From assembly GCF_963921235.1 (NCBI RefSeq), contig NC_086097.1:242050001-242114000 (forward strand): DNA of 64,000 nucleotides, given 5' to 3'. The stretch is from Mobula hypostoma (taxonomy: Eukaryota). Shown in pieces: positions 41,178-52,790 of this stretch (its first letter is position 1; each line of letters begins with the position of its first letter). A program made the position numbers and the translations under genes. The notes beneath the pieces are model-generated. The model saw only the letters and a program-made list of their open reading frames with translations, was not told the origin of the DNA and did not search any database.

Positions 41178-41510
41178 GAGCAGTTGCAGAGAAGGGCGGA
41201 GGGCAAGATGCAAATCCATAGAGGTGGAATATAGAGGTTTTGTTTGCCGCTTGCTGTGCCGAACCTACTTTCTCCATGGCTGCAAAGAAAAGACCCATCA
41301 GGACTATAATAGAGGCTGCTGAGCAAGCCTCCAGATGGCTACGGATCAAGAGGTGTGAACCATGGACCAATGCTGCTGGGAAACAAGCCAGGACCTGATC
41401 AACCCTGGCTGGGTCATCTGGGTGAGGGTGTTGATGTTGAAAGACCCGAAACACCTGATGACCCCAGGTTACATCACTGATATGATCCTCAGCATCAGGA
41501 TGCCAACATT
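41178..41510 (+). mobile_element. 3' end of an RLE-type non-LTR retrotransposon (HERO/NeSL-like)
   Basis: Translates CKSIEVEYRGFVCRLLCRTY / AAKKRPIRTIIEAAEQASRWLRIKRCEPW, the typical RLE C-terminus (PIEVGxRGF...EAAEKASRWLW); TGA at 41396-41398; structured 3' UTR. Confidence 0.7.
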
Positions 41511-41621
41511 TTACAAAGATCCAAATAGGTTATGATTATGCAACTGATCTGAAAAGCAACTCCTCTGACTGTGCATTGACCTTTCAAAAGTGTGGTGAAC
41601 AGTCACCCATTGTAACTGCTG

Positions 41622-42666
41622 TTCAGAATGGCAGGCGGTGACTAGTGGGGTACCGTAAGGCTCAGTGCTGGGACCCCAGTTGTTTACAATATATATTAAT
41701 GACTTGGATGAGGGAATTAAATGCAGCATCTCCAAGTTTGCGGATGACACGAAGCTGGGTGGCAGTGTTAGCTGTGAGGAGGATGCTAAGAGGATGCAGG
41801 GTGACTTGGATAGGTTGGGTGAGTGGGCAAATTCATGGCAGATGCAATTTAATGTGGATAAATGTGAAGTTATCCACTTTGGTGGCAAAAATAGGAAAAC
41901 AGATTATTATCTGAATGGTGGCCGATTAGGAAAAGGGGAGGTGCAACGAGACCTGGGTGTCATTATACACCAGTCATTGAAAGTGGGCATGCAGGTACAG
42001 CAGGCGGTGAAAAAGGCGAATGGTATGCTGGCATTTATAGCGAGAGGATTCGAGTACAGGAGCAGGGAGGTACTACTGCAGTTGTACAAGGCCTCGGTGA
42101 GACCACACCTGGAGTATTGTGTGCAGTTTTGGTCCCCTAATCTGAGGAAAGACATCCTTGCCATAGAGGGAGTACAAAGAAGGTTCACCAGATTGATTCC
42201 TGGGATGGCAGGACTTTCATATGAAGAAAGACTGGATGAACTGGGCTTGTACTCATTGGAATTTAGAAGATTGAAGGGGGATCTGATAGAAACGTATAAG
42301 ATCCTAAAGGGATTGGACAGGCTAGATGCAGGAAGATTGTTCCCGATGTTGGGGAAGTCCAGAACGAGGGGCCACAGTTTGAGGATAGAGGGGAAGCCTT
42401 TTAGGACCGAGATTAGGAAAAACTTCTTCACACAGAGAGTGGTGAATCTGTGGAATTCTCTGCCACAGGAAACAGTTGAGGCCAGTTCATTGGCTATATT
42501 TAAGAGGGAGTTAGATATGGCCCTTGTGGCTACGGGGGTCAGGGGGTATGGAGGGAAGGCTGGGGCGGGGTTCTGAGTTGGAGGATCAGCCATGATCATA
42601 ATAAATGGCGGTGCAGGCTCGAAGGGCCAAATGGCCTACTCCTGCACCTATATTCTATGTTTCTAA
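41622..42666 (+). mobile_element. Young 5'-truncated CR1 LINE, inverted relative to the copies at 21.7 and 34.2 kb
   Basis: ORF 41665-42576 nearly identical to the other two copies; one CAA>TAA change near 41657; tail ttctatgtttcta. Confidence 0.97.
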
Positions 42667-42851
42667 ATTATAACCTTAAGTAGATAAATTATACTTTATT
42701 GATCCCAAAGGAAATTACAATGTCACTGTAGCAATACAAGTGCACAAATATAAATATAAGAAAAGTGAGAAAGAATAAAAAAAGTTCCCACAAACAGTCT
42801 AACTGGTGGGGGAAGGGGGGGGTGGTCAATCACTTCCCCGCTATAGGTTGA

Positions 42852-43739
42852 TTTCAACTACTGCACAGAGTCTTGTCATCTTCAGAAGTTTTCTGATGAC
42901 TCTGCCATAGTTGGGTGCATCAGCAAGGGAGATGAGGCTGAGTACAGGGCTACGGTAGGAAACTTTGTCACATGGTGTGAGCAGAATTATCTGCAGCTTA
43001 ATGTGAAAAAGACTAAGGAGCTGGTGGTAGACCTGAGGAGAGCTAAGGTACCGGTGACCCCTGTTTCCATCCGGGGGTCAGTGTGGACATGGTGGAGGAT
43101 TACAAATACCTGGGGATACGAATTGACAATAAACTGGACCGGTCAAAGAACACTGAGGCTGTCTACAAGAAGGGTCAGAGCTGTCTCTAATTCCTGAGGA
43201 GACTGAGGTCCTTTAACATCTGCCGGATGATGCTGAGGATGATCTACGAGTCTGTGGTGGCCAGTGCGATCATGTTTGCTGTTGTGTGCTGGGGCAGCAG
43301 GCTGATGGTAGCAGGCACCAACAGAATCAACAAACTCATTCATAAGGCCAGTGATGTTGTGGGGATGGAACTGGATTCTCTGACGGTGGTGTCTGAAAAG
43401 AGGATGCTGTCCAAGTTGCATGCCATCTTGGACAATGTCTCCCATCCACTACATAATGTACTGGGTGGGCACAGGAGTACATTCAGCCAGAGACTCATTC
43501 CACCGATATGCAACACAGAGCGTCATAGGAAGTCATTCCTGCCTGTGGCCATCAAACTTTACAACTCCTCCCTTGGAGGCTTAGACACCCTGAGCCAATA
43601 GGCTGGTCCTGGACTTATTTCCAGGCATAATTTACATATTGCTATTTAATTATTTATGGTTTTATACTATTTAATTATTTATGGTGCAACTGTAACGAAA
43701 ACCAATTTCCCCCAGGATCAATAAAGTATGTGACTATGA
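42852..43739 (+). mobile_element. Rex1-like LINE 3' fragment nested in another LINE
   Basis: LQKFSDDS, YESVVASAIMFAVVCWG, RHRKSFLPVAIKLYN; tail aataaagtatg(tgacta)n. Confidence 0.85.
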
Positions 43740-44190
43740 CTCATTATAGAGCCTAATGGCTGAGGGCAAGAATGACCTCAGTACTCTTTGGAACAGCGCA
43801 GTTGTCGTAGTCTGTTACTATAAGTGCTCCTCTGTTCAGCCAAGGTGGCATTCAGAGGGTTAGAAACATTGTTCAGAATTGCCAGGATTTTCCAGAGGGT
43901 CCTTTGTTCTACCACAGCCTCCAGTGTGTCCAGTTTGACTCCTATAACAGAGCCAGCCTTTCTAATCAGTTTATTGAACTTGTTGGCATCGTGTTTGTTA
44001 ATGCCATTGCCCCAGCATACCACTGCAAGGAAGATTGTACTGGTGACAACAAACTGGTAGAACATATGAAGGAGAGGCCTACAAAAGACCTCAGACTCCG
44101 CAGGAAGTAGAGGTGACACTAGCCCTTCTTGTACACAACCTCTGTGTTGGTATTCCACTCAAGTCTGTCACCCAGATGCACTGTACTGGA
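43740..44190 (-). mobile_element. Rex1-like LINE 3' fragment, host of the previous insertion; its UTR lies at about 42680-42851
   Basis: FYQFVVTSTIFLAVVCWG, NKLIRKAGSVIG. Confidence 0.8.
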
Positions 44191-44352
44191 GTTTAGCATA
44201 ATTTCAACTATGACAATGACAAGAATGTTGCTTCTGAGCTAAGCTGATGAACTGTATTTGTTCTCAAAACCACATAAATTCCTACAAATCAGACCTCTTG
44301 ATATTTTATATTCACATTAATGAGACTAACCAAAATTCTGTTTCTTCTACAG

Positions 44353-44603
44353 AGCAATTGCTGAACAGAATACGACAAGATGCCAAAGATGACAATGAGA
44401 TCCATAAGCGATTAAATAAAGTCAATCGATATATTGGGGAAAAAATAATGGACATTAATAAACAGTGGAGAAAAGCTAAGGCAGAGATATCAAAGTTTAG
44501 AAACTGTGAATGTGAGATAGGTTTAAAATGTGATATTCATGCACATTGTGAGAGATCTGAAGTACCCATCAAGGAAGAAATTGAAACCTTTATCTATGAA
44601 TAA
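44353..44603 (+). CDS. BEND5-like terminal coding exon 6, C-terminal BEN helices plus tail
   Basis: Acceptor ctgtttcttctacag|AG, phase 1 (G+AG = Glu). EQLLNRIRQDAKDDNEIHKRLNKVNRYIGEKIMDINK matches BEND5 'ECLYDRIAQETVDETEIAQRLSKVNKYICEKIMDINK'; TAA at 44601-44603. Confidence 0.9.
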
Positions 44604-45271
44604 TCTAGTGAGATTTACTGTTTTGCATGGTCAGTCAGAAAGTTCTCTTCATCGAAATTGTTATTAATAATGTACAACTATTATTTGACTACAGTGAAAT
44701 CTGTTTGTATTCATTTGTTTACCATAGAATTGCAGAGAACTATTTTCTATTAATTTCTGTGTTACTGACCATTTTTATAACATCATTGAAACTGTACAGA
44801 TAATTATGATTTGTAGAATTCTCCAAAAGCAAACCATTTGGCCCATTGCACATCCACAGTGTCTCGGTCTTTGCTCCTTAATTTTCCTCCCCTTCTCCCT
44901 TATCAAGGCTTTTATAGATTATGCATTCATGACTTTCTCCATTGAACAGCCTTCTGAGTTTGATCATTAGTTTTCATTGTTATTTTGCTATTTTTAAATT
45001 TAATTTATGCCCTCCATTTATGAAGTCATACATCAATGAATATAGTTACTTTATTATTTCATAGTCCTTTATCATTTTTTGCCATATTTGTACTTGATCA
45101 GATCTCTTTAGTTTGGCTGTGAAAGGAGTGTGAATACCTGTAATTCGTCCTCTTAACCAAACTTTCCCATTGGTGTGCTGATTTTCTTTGTATTCTCTCC
45201 ATTATAATGTGAGGAAACAGTGTAAAACTTAAATTGTGGCTTATTCATGAATGTTCAGATTTGCTTTATAA

Positions 45272-45605
45272 GCTAGATGCTGGAAATCTTGAGGAACTCA
45301 GCAAGTCAGGCAGCATCTATGGAAGGGAATACAGTCATGTTTTGGGCTGATTTCCTTCGTGACTGGAAAGGAAGGGAGAAGAAACTGGAATAAGTAGATG
45401 GGGAGAGGGAGAAGCTGGCAGGTGATCAGTGGAAGAGGTAAAAGGGTGAAAGGGGAGCCAAAATGGGAATGGAAAAAGGGTGAGCATGGCCAGAGGGATG
45501 GTGGTGGGGAGAAGAAATTACTGGAAGTTAGAAAATCCATGTTCATGCTATCAGGTTGGACACTACCCAGATGTAATAAAAGTTGTTGTTCCTCCACTGA
45601 GTGTA
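45272..45605 (-). mobile_element. Penelope-like element 3' fragment
   Basis: EEQQLLLHLGSVQPDSMNMDF plus terminal repeat. Confidence 0.75.
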
Positions 45606-45949
45606 ATTAAGCTCTGTTTCGGTGGGGATTACAGTGCCCAGTACTTCATTAGCAATTAATATTCACATCATACATCTGAGCAAGTATCTACTCTGACCAA
45701 GTCTTGTTGCATGTAGGCTGGGGTAGCTTACCCAGTGAATTGCAAACTGAAATTTAGAAAGTGCAATTATCTGTGTAGTACACCTCTGATGTAGTAGAAG
45801 GAAGTTCATTTAAGCAGTAGTTGTGCTTAGATTAATGACTGGATTACAAACTTATTCTTTTGTTGTATATGACTCTAGCCTCTGGAAGATTCATCCTCAA
45901 TTCTTTATTAAATTCATTATTCCCAGGACCTCTTGTATTATATGTAAAA

Positions 45950-48660
45950 CCATAAAACATAGGACCAAAATTCGGCCTGTCGCGTCTGCTCCGCCATTGA
46001 ATCATGGCTGATCCTTTTTTCCATCTCCTCAGCCCCACTACCTGTACTCCCTGAAGCCATGTCCAATCAAGAACCTAGCAAGCTCTGCCTTAAATATGCC
46101 CAACAACCTGGCCTCCTATTACAGCTGCCTGTGATAATAAATTCCACAAATTTACCACCCTCTGGCTAAAGAAATTTCTCTGCATCTACACATCTACTCT
46201 GTCTAGGCCTTTCAACATTTGAAAGGTTTCAGTAAGATCCCCTCTATTCTTCTCAATTCCAGCAAGTACAGACCCAGAGCTATCAAACGTTCATTGTATG
46301 ATCCTTTCATTGCCAGAATCATCCTTGTGAACCTCCTCTGAACCCTCTCCAATGCCAGCACATCTTTTATTAGTTGAGGAGCCCAAAGCTGTTCACAATA
46401 CTCAAGGTGAGGTCTCACCTGTGCCTTATAAAGCCTCAGAATCGGATCCCTACTCTTGTATTCTAGACCTCTTGAAATGAATGCTAACATCACATTTGCC
46501 TTCCTCACCACTGACTCTACCTGCAAGTAAACTTTTAGGTAGTTCTGCACAAGAACACCCAAGTCCCTTTGCATTTCTGATTTTTGGATTTCTCCCCATT
46601 TAGAAAATAGTCTGTACATTTATTTCTATCATGACTACGCATTTTCCAACATTGTATTTCATTTTCCACTCTCTTGCCCATTCTCCTAATCTGTTCGAGT
46701 CCTTCTGCAGCCTACCTGTTTCTTCAATATTACCTGCCCCTCCACCTGCAAACTTGCCATCATCAAAATCATTGATATGCAGCACAAAAAGAAGTGATAA
46801 CATTGACCTCTATGAAACACTACTGCTCACTGGCAGCTAACCAGAAAAGGTTCTTATCCTCCCATTTGTTGAATTCTACCAATTAGCTACTGCTCTAACC
46901 ATTTCAGTAACTCTCCTGCAAGACCATGGGCTCTTAACTCGGTTAGCAGCCTCATGTGTGGCACCTTGTCAAAAGCCTTCTGAAAGTCCAAATATGCAAC
47001 ATTCATGGCATCTCCTTTATCTATTCTATGTGTAATCTCCTTAAGGAATTCCAACAGCTTTGTCAGGCAAGATTTTCCTTGAAGGAAACCATGCTGACTT
47101 TGTCCTAACTTGCCCTGTGTTTCCAAGTGACCCATAACCCTTAACAATTGACTCCAACATCTTCCCAACCACTGAGGTCAGACTAACTGATCTACAATTT
47201 CCTTTCTGCTGCCTTCTTCCTTTCTTAAAGAATGGAGTGGCATTTGCAATTTTCCAATCCTCTGGCATCATGCCGGTGTCCAATGATTTTTGAAAGATCA
47301 TTACTAATGCCTCCACAATCTCTTTCAGAACTCTATAGTGCAGTTCATCTGGTCCAGGTGACTTCTGTACCCTTAGGTCTTGGCCTTTCTCCAGCCTCAT
47401 TTTCTAGTGGTCCTATATCCACTCTCCTCTCTCTTTTATTTTTTTTTACATTCTTGAAAAAGCTTTTACTATCCACTTTGATATTGTTTGCTAGCCTGCT
47501 GCTTTGACATTTCATCTTTTTGCTCCTAATGATTCTTCTAGTTACTTTCTGCAGGGATTTCCCAATCCTCTGTCTTCCCACTAGTCTTTGCTTTGTTGTA
47601 TGCCCTCTCTTGTTTTTACATTAGCTTTGACTTCCCTTTCATCCACGTTTGTACTATTTTGCCATTTGAGTATTTCTTTGTTTTTGGAATACATCTATAC
47701 AGTACCTTCCTCATTTTACCCCGAAATTCAAGCCATTGCTGCTCTGCTGGCTTCCCTGCCAGCATCTCCTTCCAAGTTACTTTGACCAAACTCCCCTCTC
47801 ATATCTCTGTAATTTCCTATACTCCACTGACATACTGTTCTGCCAGGCTTTACTTTCTCCCTATCAAATTTCAAGTTGAACTCAATCATATTGTGATCAC
47901 CATCTCCTAAGGGTTCTTTTACCTTGAGCTCTCTAATCACCTTTGGTTCATTACTTAACACCCAATACAGTATAGCTGATCCTTGAGTAGGCTCAGCAAC
48001 AAACTGCTCTTAAAAAGTCATCTCATAGCATTCAACAAACTCACTCTCTTGAGATCCATTACCAACCTAATTTTTCTCAATTGACCTGCATTGTTGGGAT
48101 ACCCCATGGCTATCATAACATTGCCCTTTTGGCACACCTTTTCTATTTCCTGTTTTAATCTGTGGTCCACATCCCAGCTACTATTGGGAGGCCTGTATAT
48201 AAATACCATCGGGGTCTTTTTATCTTTGCAATTTCTTAACTCAGCCCACAAGGATTCAACATCTTCTGATCCTATCTCAGATCTTTCTACTGCTTTGGTG
48301 CCATTCTTTACCAGCAGAGCCACGTCAACCCCCTCTATCTACCTTCCTTGCTATCGCTCCAGTACAACATGTAACCTTGGTCATTAGTTCCCCACTAAAA
48401 GCATCTTTCAGCCACGATTCAGAGATGCCTGACCATCTGTAATAATGCAACAAGATCACCCACCTTATTTGTTGTACTTTGTGCATTGAGATTAACACTT
48501 TGAGTACTGTATTTGCTACCCTTTTTGATTCTGCATCCCTAATACACTGATACTCATCCCGCTGGCTGAAATTATGTCCTATCATCTGCCTGTCCTTCCT
48601 GACTCTGACTGCACGCTATCTTTGCTTTTTTACCATCTGTCCTATTGTGAGTCTCTTCAC
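45950..48660 (-). mobile_element. CR1 LINE, decayed (APE + RT + tail)
   Basis: VFIYRPPNS, PEDWKIANATP, YLDFQKAFDKVPH, LYKAQVRPHLEYC. Confidence 0.9.
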
Positions 48661-49211
48661 TATTCCCTTATCAACAGTTATTTGTAGTTTGGCTGAACAT
48701 TTTCTTACAACTAAGTACTGTCATAAACAAAAGTGTATTTCCTCCTTACTAAAGTTTGTCATTTAAATGTAACTTATGTTTGCCTTCTACTTATAAAATT
48801 CTAGTACATTGCTAACTTATTTATTCCATTCTATGAAGTTAAAATTGTATATTATGTATTATAAAGACCACTGTTAATGTGGAGACTAATTCTCTTTTGC
48901 TGTCATCTTAAGAGTTACAACCCCTCAGATGCAATATTTTTTTAAAAAAAGTTGACAATAATTATGTAAGCTAATGGAGTTCTACTCATATGTCTCTTTT
49001 GTAGTAGTAGTTATGTGATCACCCTTTTAGGCCTTTTTAATTATTGTTCCTGTATTTTAACTTCCTGCTTGTCCTATCAAGTCAATAAATGCTACATTTT
49101 TATAGTCTGTTTTATTTTACATCGAACACTCCAACTTCATACAGGCCCTTTAGCCTATGATGTTGCACTGATCTTGTGACTTACTCTGATATCAATCCAA
49201 CTTCCCTCCTA

Positions 49212-49297
49212 GCAACACATAGAAGTTGCTGGTGAACGCAGCAGGCAACTTTTATGTGTGTTGCTTGAATTTCCAGCATCTGTAGAATTCCTGTTTG
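49212..49297 (+). mobile_element. 86-bp mini Penelope-derived element with 5' inversion
   Basis: Perfect 14-bp TSD caacttccctccta at 49198-49211 and 49298-49311; gcaacacatagaagttgc inverted against gcaacttttatgtgtgttgc. Confidence 0.85.
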
Positions 49298-49375
49298 CAA
49301 CTTCCCTCCTATATTGGCCTCAGTTTTTCTATCATCTATGTGCTTATCTAAGAGTTTCTTAACTTCCTTTGTTTA

Positions 49376-51018
49376 TGTAGGCCCTCCCGCCACCCTCAGG
49401 GTCGCTCGGCTCGCTGTCGTCTAGGGCAGCGGTCTAACCACCGTTCTGGATCAAAGTCAAGGCTAAATATTCTGAGATGGCCATGAAAATACTGAAAACA
49501 TTGCTTCCATTTCCAACATATCTCTGCAATGAATGCAACGAAAACTAAATTGCGGAATAGACTGGACATAAGAAACTCCCTTCGAGTATCACTGTCTCCC
49601 ATCACCCCTCGATGGCACCGTCTTGTTGTAGGGAAACAAGCCCAGGGCTCCCACTGATTCAGCGATATTGGTGTGTTGCAATGATTTTATATGTTCATAC
49701 GGGGAAAATATGTGTTGTGTGTTTAATATCCAAACGTTACTTAAAATGTTATGATGCAATTGACTTATATAACCATATAACAATTACAGCACGGAAATAG
49801 GCGATCTCTGCCTTTCTAGTCCGTGCCGAATGCTACTCTCATCTAGTACCACCGACCTGCACTCAGCCCATAACCCTCCATTCTTTCTTGACTATATACC
49901 GATCCAATTTTTCTTTTAAATGATAATGCCGAACCTGCCTCTACCACTTCTACTGGTAGTTCGTTCAACACTTACTTCAAGCTCCCCTGATAATTGACTT
50001 ATCGCTATATTCATGCGAGGAAAATATGCACTGTGTGTTTAATATTAAATTCGTTAGATAAACCCTTTTAGAAACGAAATTGAGTGTATTAGCCACTTAT
50101 CACCTATATAGCGTTCGTGATTAACACCCCTCCCCGAACAGAATCGCAAAGAGTAGGATTTGTAGAAAAAAATAGGCGCGTAAACGCATGCGAAATTCAC
50201 GCATGCGCACTGGTGCCAGCGCAAGGCTTCATGGTCATTGTAGTCTTTCTTGGGGTAAACCCAACGTATTTGACTACTACTCTTGTTCGTTAGCAACCCT
50301 ACCACCACCCGCCCCCCCCCCCCCCGGTCGGCCGGTCCGCAAGAATATTGTCAATGCGAAACCGGTCCGCAGTGCAAAAAAGGTTGGAGACCCCTGGTCT
50401 AGGGAAACAGCCTCGTGTGAATGCTGTGTGATGTACCCCACCCTGCCCAAATAACAGACAATACACCAGATAAGATTAAATGATTTACAGTTTATAGATA
50501 TTACTGGAACTATATAATTAATAGATAATAAAATATAAAAGGAAAACAAAAGGCGCCACACTTATCAAAGTCCAATCTCTTAGCGCACAAACAGTTGAAG
50601 CTCAAGGACCTTTTCCCTGTGACCCCTCGGACCACCTCGACCGGCCGCCTGGGACCACCAACGGTGGTCGACCAGACGCTCCACACGAGTCCGAGTCCGT
50701 TTCCATCTCCTCGCCGAACGCCCTCCTCGGGGTCCGACCCCGTTAGCGGACATTACAGCACCTCATCCATCCTCTGTCTCACTCTCCCGCCTTCTCCCCC
50801 ACAACCCTGCGCATACAGTATCTACAAATACACCAAAACCGTAACAACTATCCCAATTGGTTAATAGCATCCTCTCATCACACTCTAAACCAAAACAAGC
50901 TGCTAGCGCAAACTTTCTCAACGTTTAACACAACAAAGCCGCATTCCCCAGATTAACATAACAAAGACGCCATTTTAATTAGCCTCCGCAGTAACATAAA
51001 AGCCGAAACCCCCTTACA
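49376..51018 (-). mobile_element. Putative solo LTR interrupted by a hAT element
   Basis: tgtag... / ...cccttaca termini (TG..CA), CpG-rich, no ORF; no TSD found. Confidence 0.5.
49427..50396. mobile_element. Non-autonomous hAT (Charlie-type) element
   Basis: Exact 8-bp TSD gtctaggg at 49419-49426 and 50397-50404; imperfect TIRs cagcggtctaacc / ggttggagacccctg. Confidence 0.88.
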
Positions 51019-52169
51019 CTCATTTTTTAAAAAAAAAGCTTACCTCAGACACCCCCTGTACTTTCCACCAATTGGCTAAAATTATGCCCCTTCATAATAA
51101 ACATTTCCACATTTGGGGAAAAAAAAATTCCAGGCAGCATCCTATTAAAATTTCCTCTGCACCCTCTCTAAAGCTTTCATTCTTATAATGAGGTGACCAG
51201 AAGTGAACACAATATTCCAAGTGTAGTCTAACCAGGGTTTTATGGAGCTGCACAGCTGTCTCTATTGTTTTTAAACAATTTACTTTGAGACACTTGCACA
51301 ACGAGCTAACAGCAGTAGCGGTATTAAATTTGAGTGAGTGATAAATAATGGCCTTGATGTTTTGGGGATAGCTCTCAATGTCTTCAAAATAAATATAGAT
51401 TAAATATCTGAAGATTAATGGTTCTCATTGGTGGATTGTCACACACATAAAATGCTGGAGAAAATCAGCAAGTCAGGCAGCATTTATGGAGGGGAGTAAA
51501 CAGATGTCATTTCAGGCCATGATCCTTCATCAGGATTGACATAGGTAGTGCTGCTACCAAGCAGCTTCAGCAGTCTGGGTTTGACTGCACCAATTTTTAT
51601 GTCCGTGTGGGATTAGCCTGTGTTTTTGGGGAATCCATCCAGTGCTGTGGTTTCTTTCCACATCCCAAAAATGTGTAGCTTTTAACTTGGCTGACTGTGA
51701 ATGTGAGTGGTAGGGAAATGGGAGGAGTTTATGGACATGTAAAAATGAATTGGTTAGAGAGGCAAAAGTGAGGAATATGATAGTTTTGAGAGCCAGCATA
51801 AACTCAATGGGTCCAATGATAAGAAAATATGTGTAATTCTGGCAGTGAATTGTTCAGAAATAGATTTAATATTACTGGCATGTCTCCTAAAGTCTGTTGT
51901 TTTGAGGCAGCAGTACTTTACAATACATAAAAACTATAATTTACAATAAATATATATGTTAAGTTAGTGGTGAAAACAATAGTGAGAATAACGTACATGA
52001 CTTCGTTGTCTATTCAGAAATCTGAGGCGAAAGGGAAGATGCTGTTCGTAAAATGTTGTCTTCAGGCTCACGTAAAGCATTTGCTAACTGCTATGCTACC
52101 ATGTCATCTCAACTGCAAGCAAACAATCCTCAATACATTTGCAGTGTTAATGAAATAGTATAGGACCCA

Positions 52170-52790
52170 AGGTATAGGAGCAGAATTAGGGCATTTGGCC
52201 CATTGAGTCTGCTGTGCCATTTTATCAAGGCAGATCCATTTTCCCTCTCAGCCTCAATCTTCTGCCTTCTCCCCGTATCCCTTCATGCCCTGACTAATTA
52301 AGAATCTATTAACCTCTGCCATAAATATACCTAATGACTTGGCCCCCAAGCTGCTTGTGGCAAAGAGTTCCAGATTCATCATTCTCTGGCTAAAGAAATT
52401 CCTCATCTCCATTCTAACAGGATACCCCTCTATTCTGAGGCTGTGTCCTCTCATCTTAGATTCCCCCACCAAAGAAAACACACTCTATCGAGGCTTTTCA
52501 ACATTCAATAGGTTTTAATGAGGTCACCCCCATTCTTCTGAATTCCAGTGAGCAGAGGCCCAGAGCCATCGAATACTCTTCATATGACAAACCTTTCAAA
52601 CCTGGAATCATTTTCATGAACCTCCTTTGAAGCCTTAACGACGTCAGCACGTAGCTTCTTAGATAAGGGGCCCAGAACTGCTCACAATACTCCAAGTGAG
52701 GCCTCACCAGTGCTTTACAAAGCCTCCATGTTGTATTCTTGTCTTTATATTCTAATGCTCTTGAAATGAATGCTAACATCGCATTTGCGA
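52170..52790 (-). mobile_element. CR1 LINE 3' fragment
   Basis: LCKALVRPHLEYC, RGHSLRIEG, NFFSQR. Confidence 0.85.

Noticed and set aside
41907..42599. 230-aa ORF antisense to CR1, with similar ORFs at 22447-22851 and 34532-35368
   Set aside because: Shadow frames of CR1 ORF2 repeated in each copy; no independent coding evidence.
51540..51810. Possible tRNA gene
   Set aside because: No cloverleaf; looks like a decayed tRNA-derived SINE.
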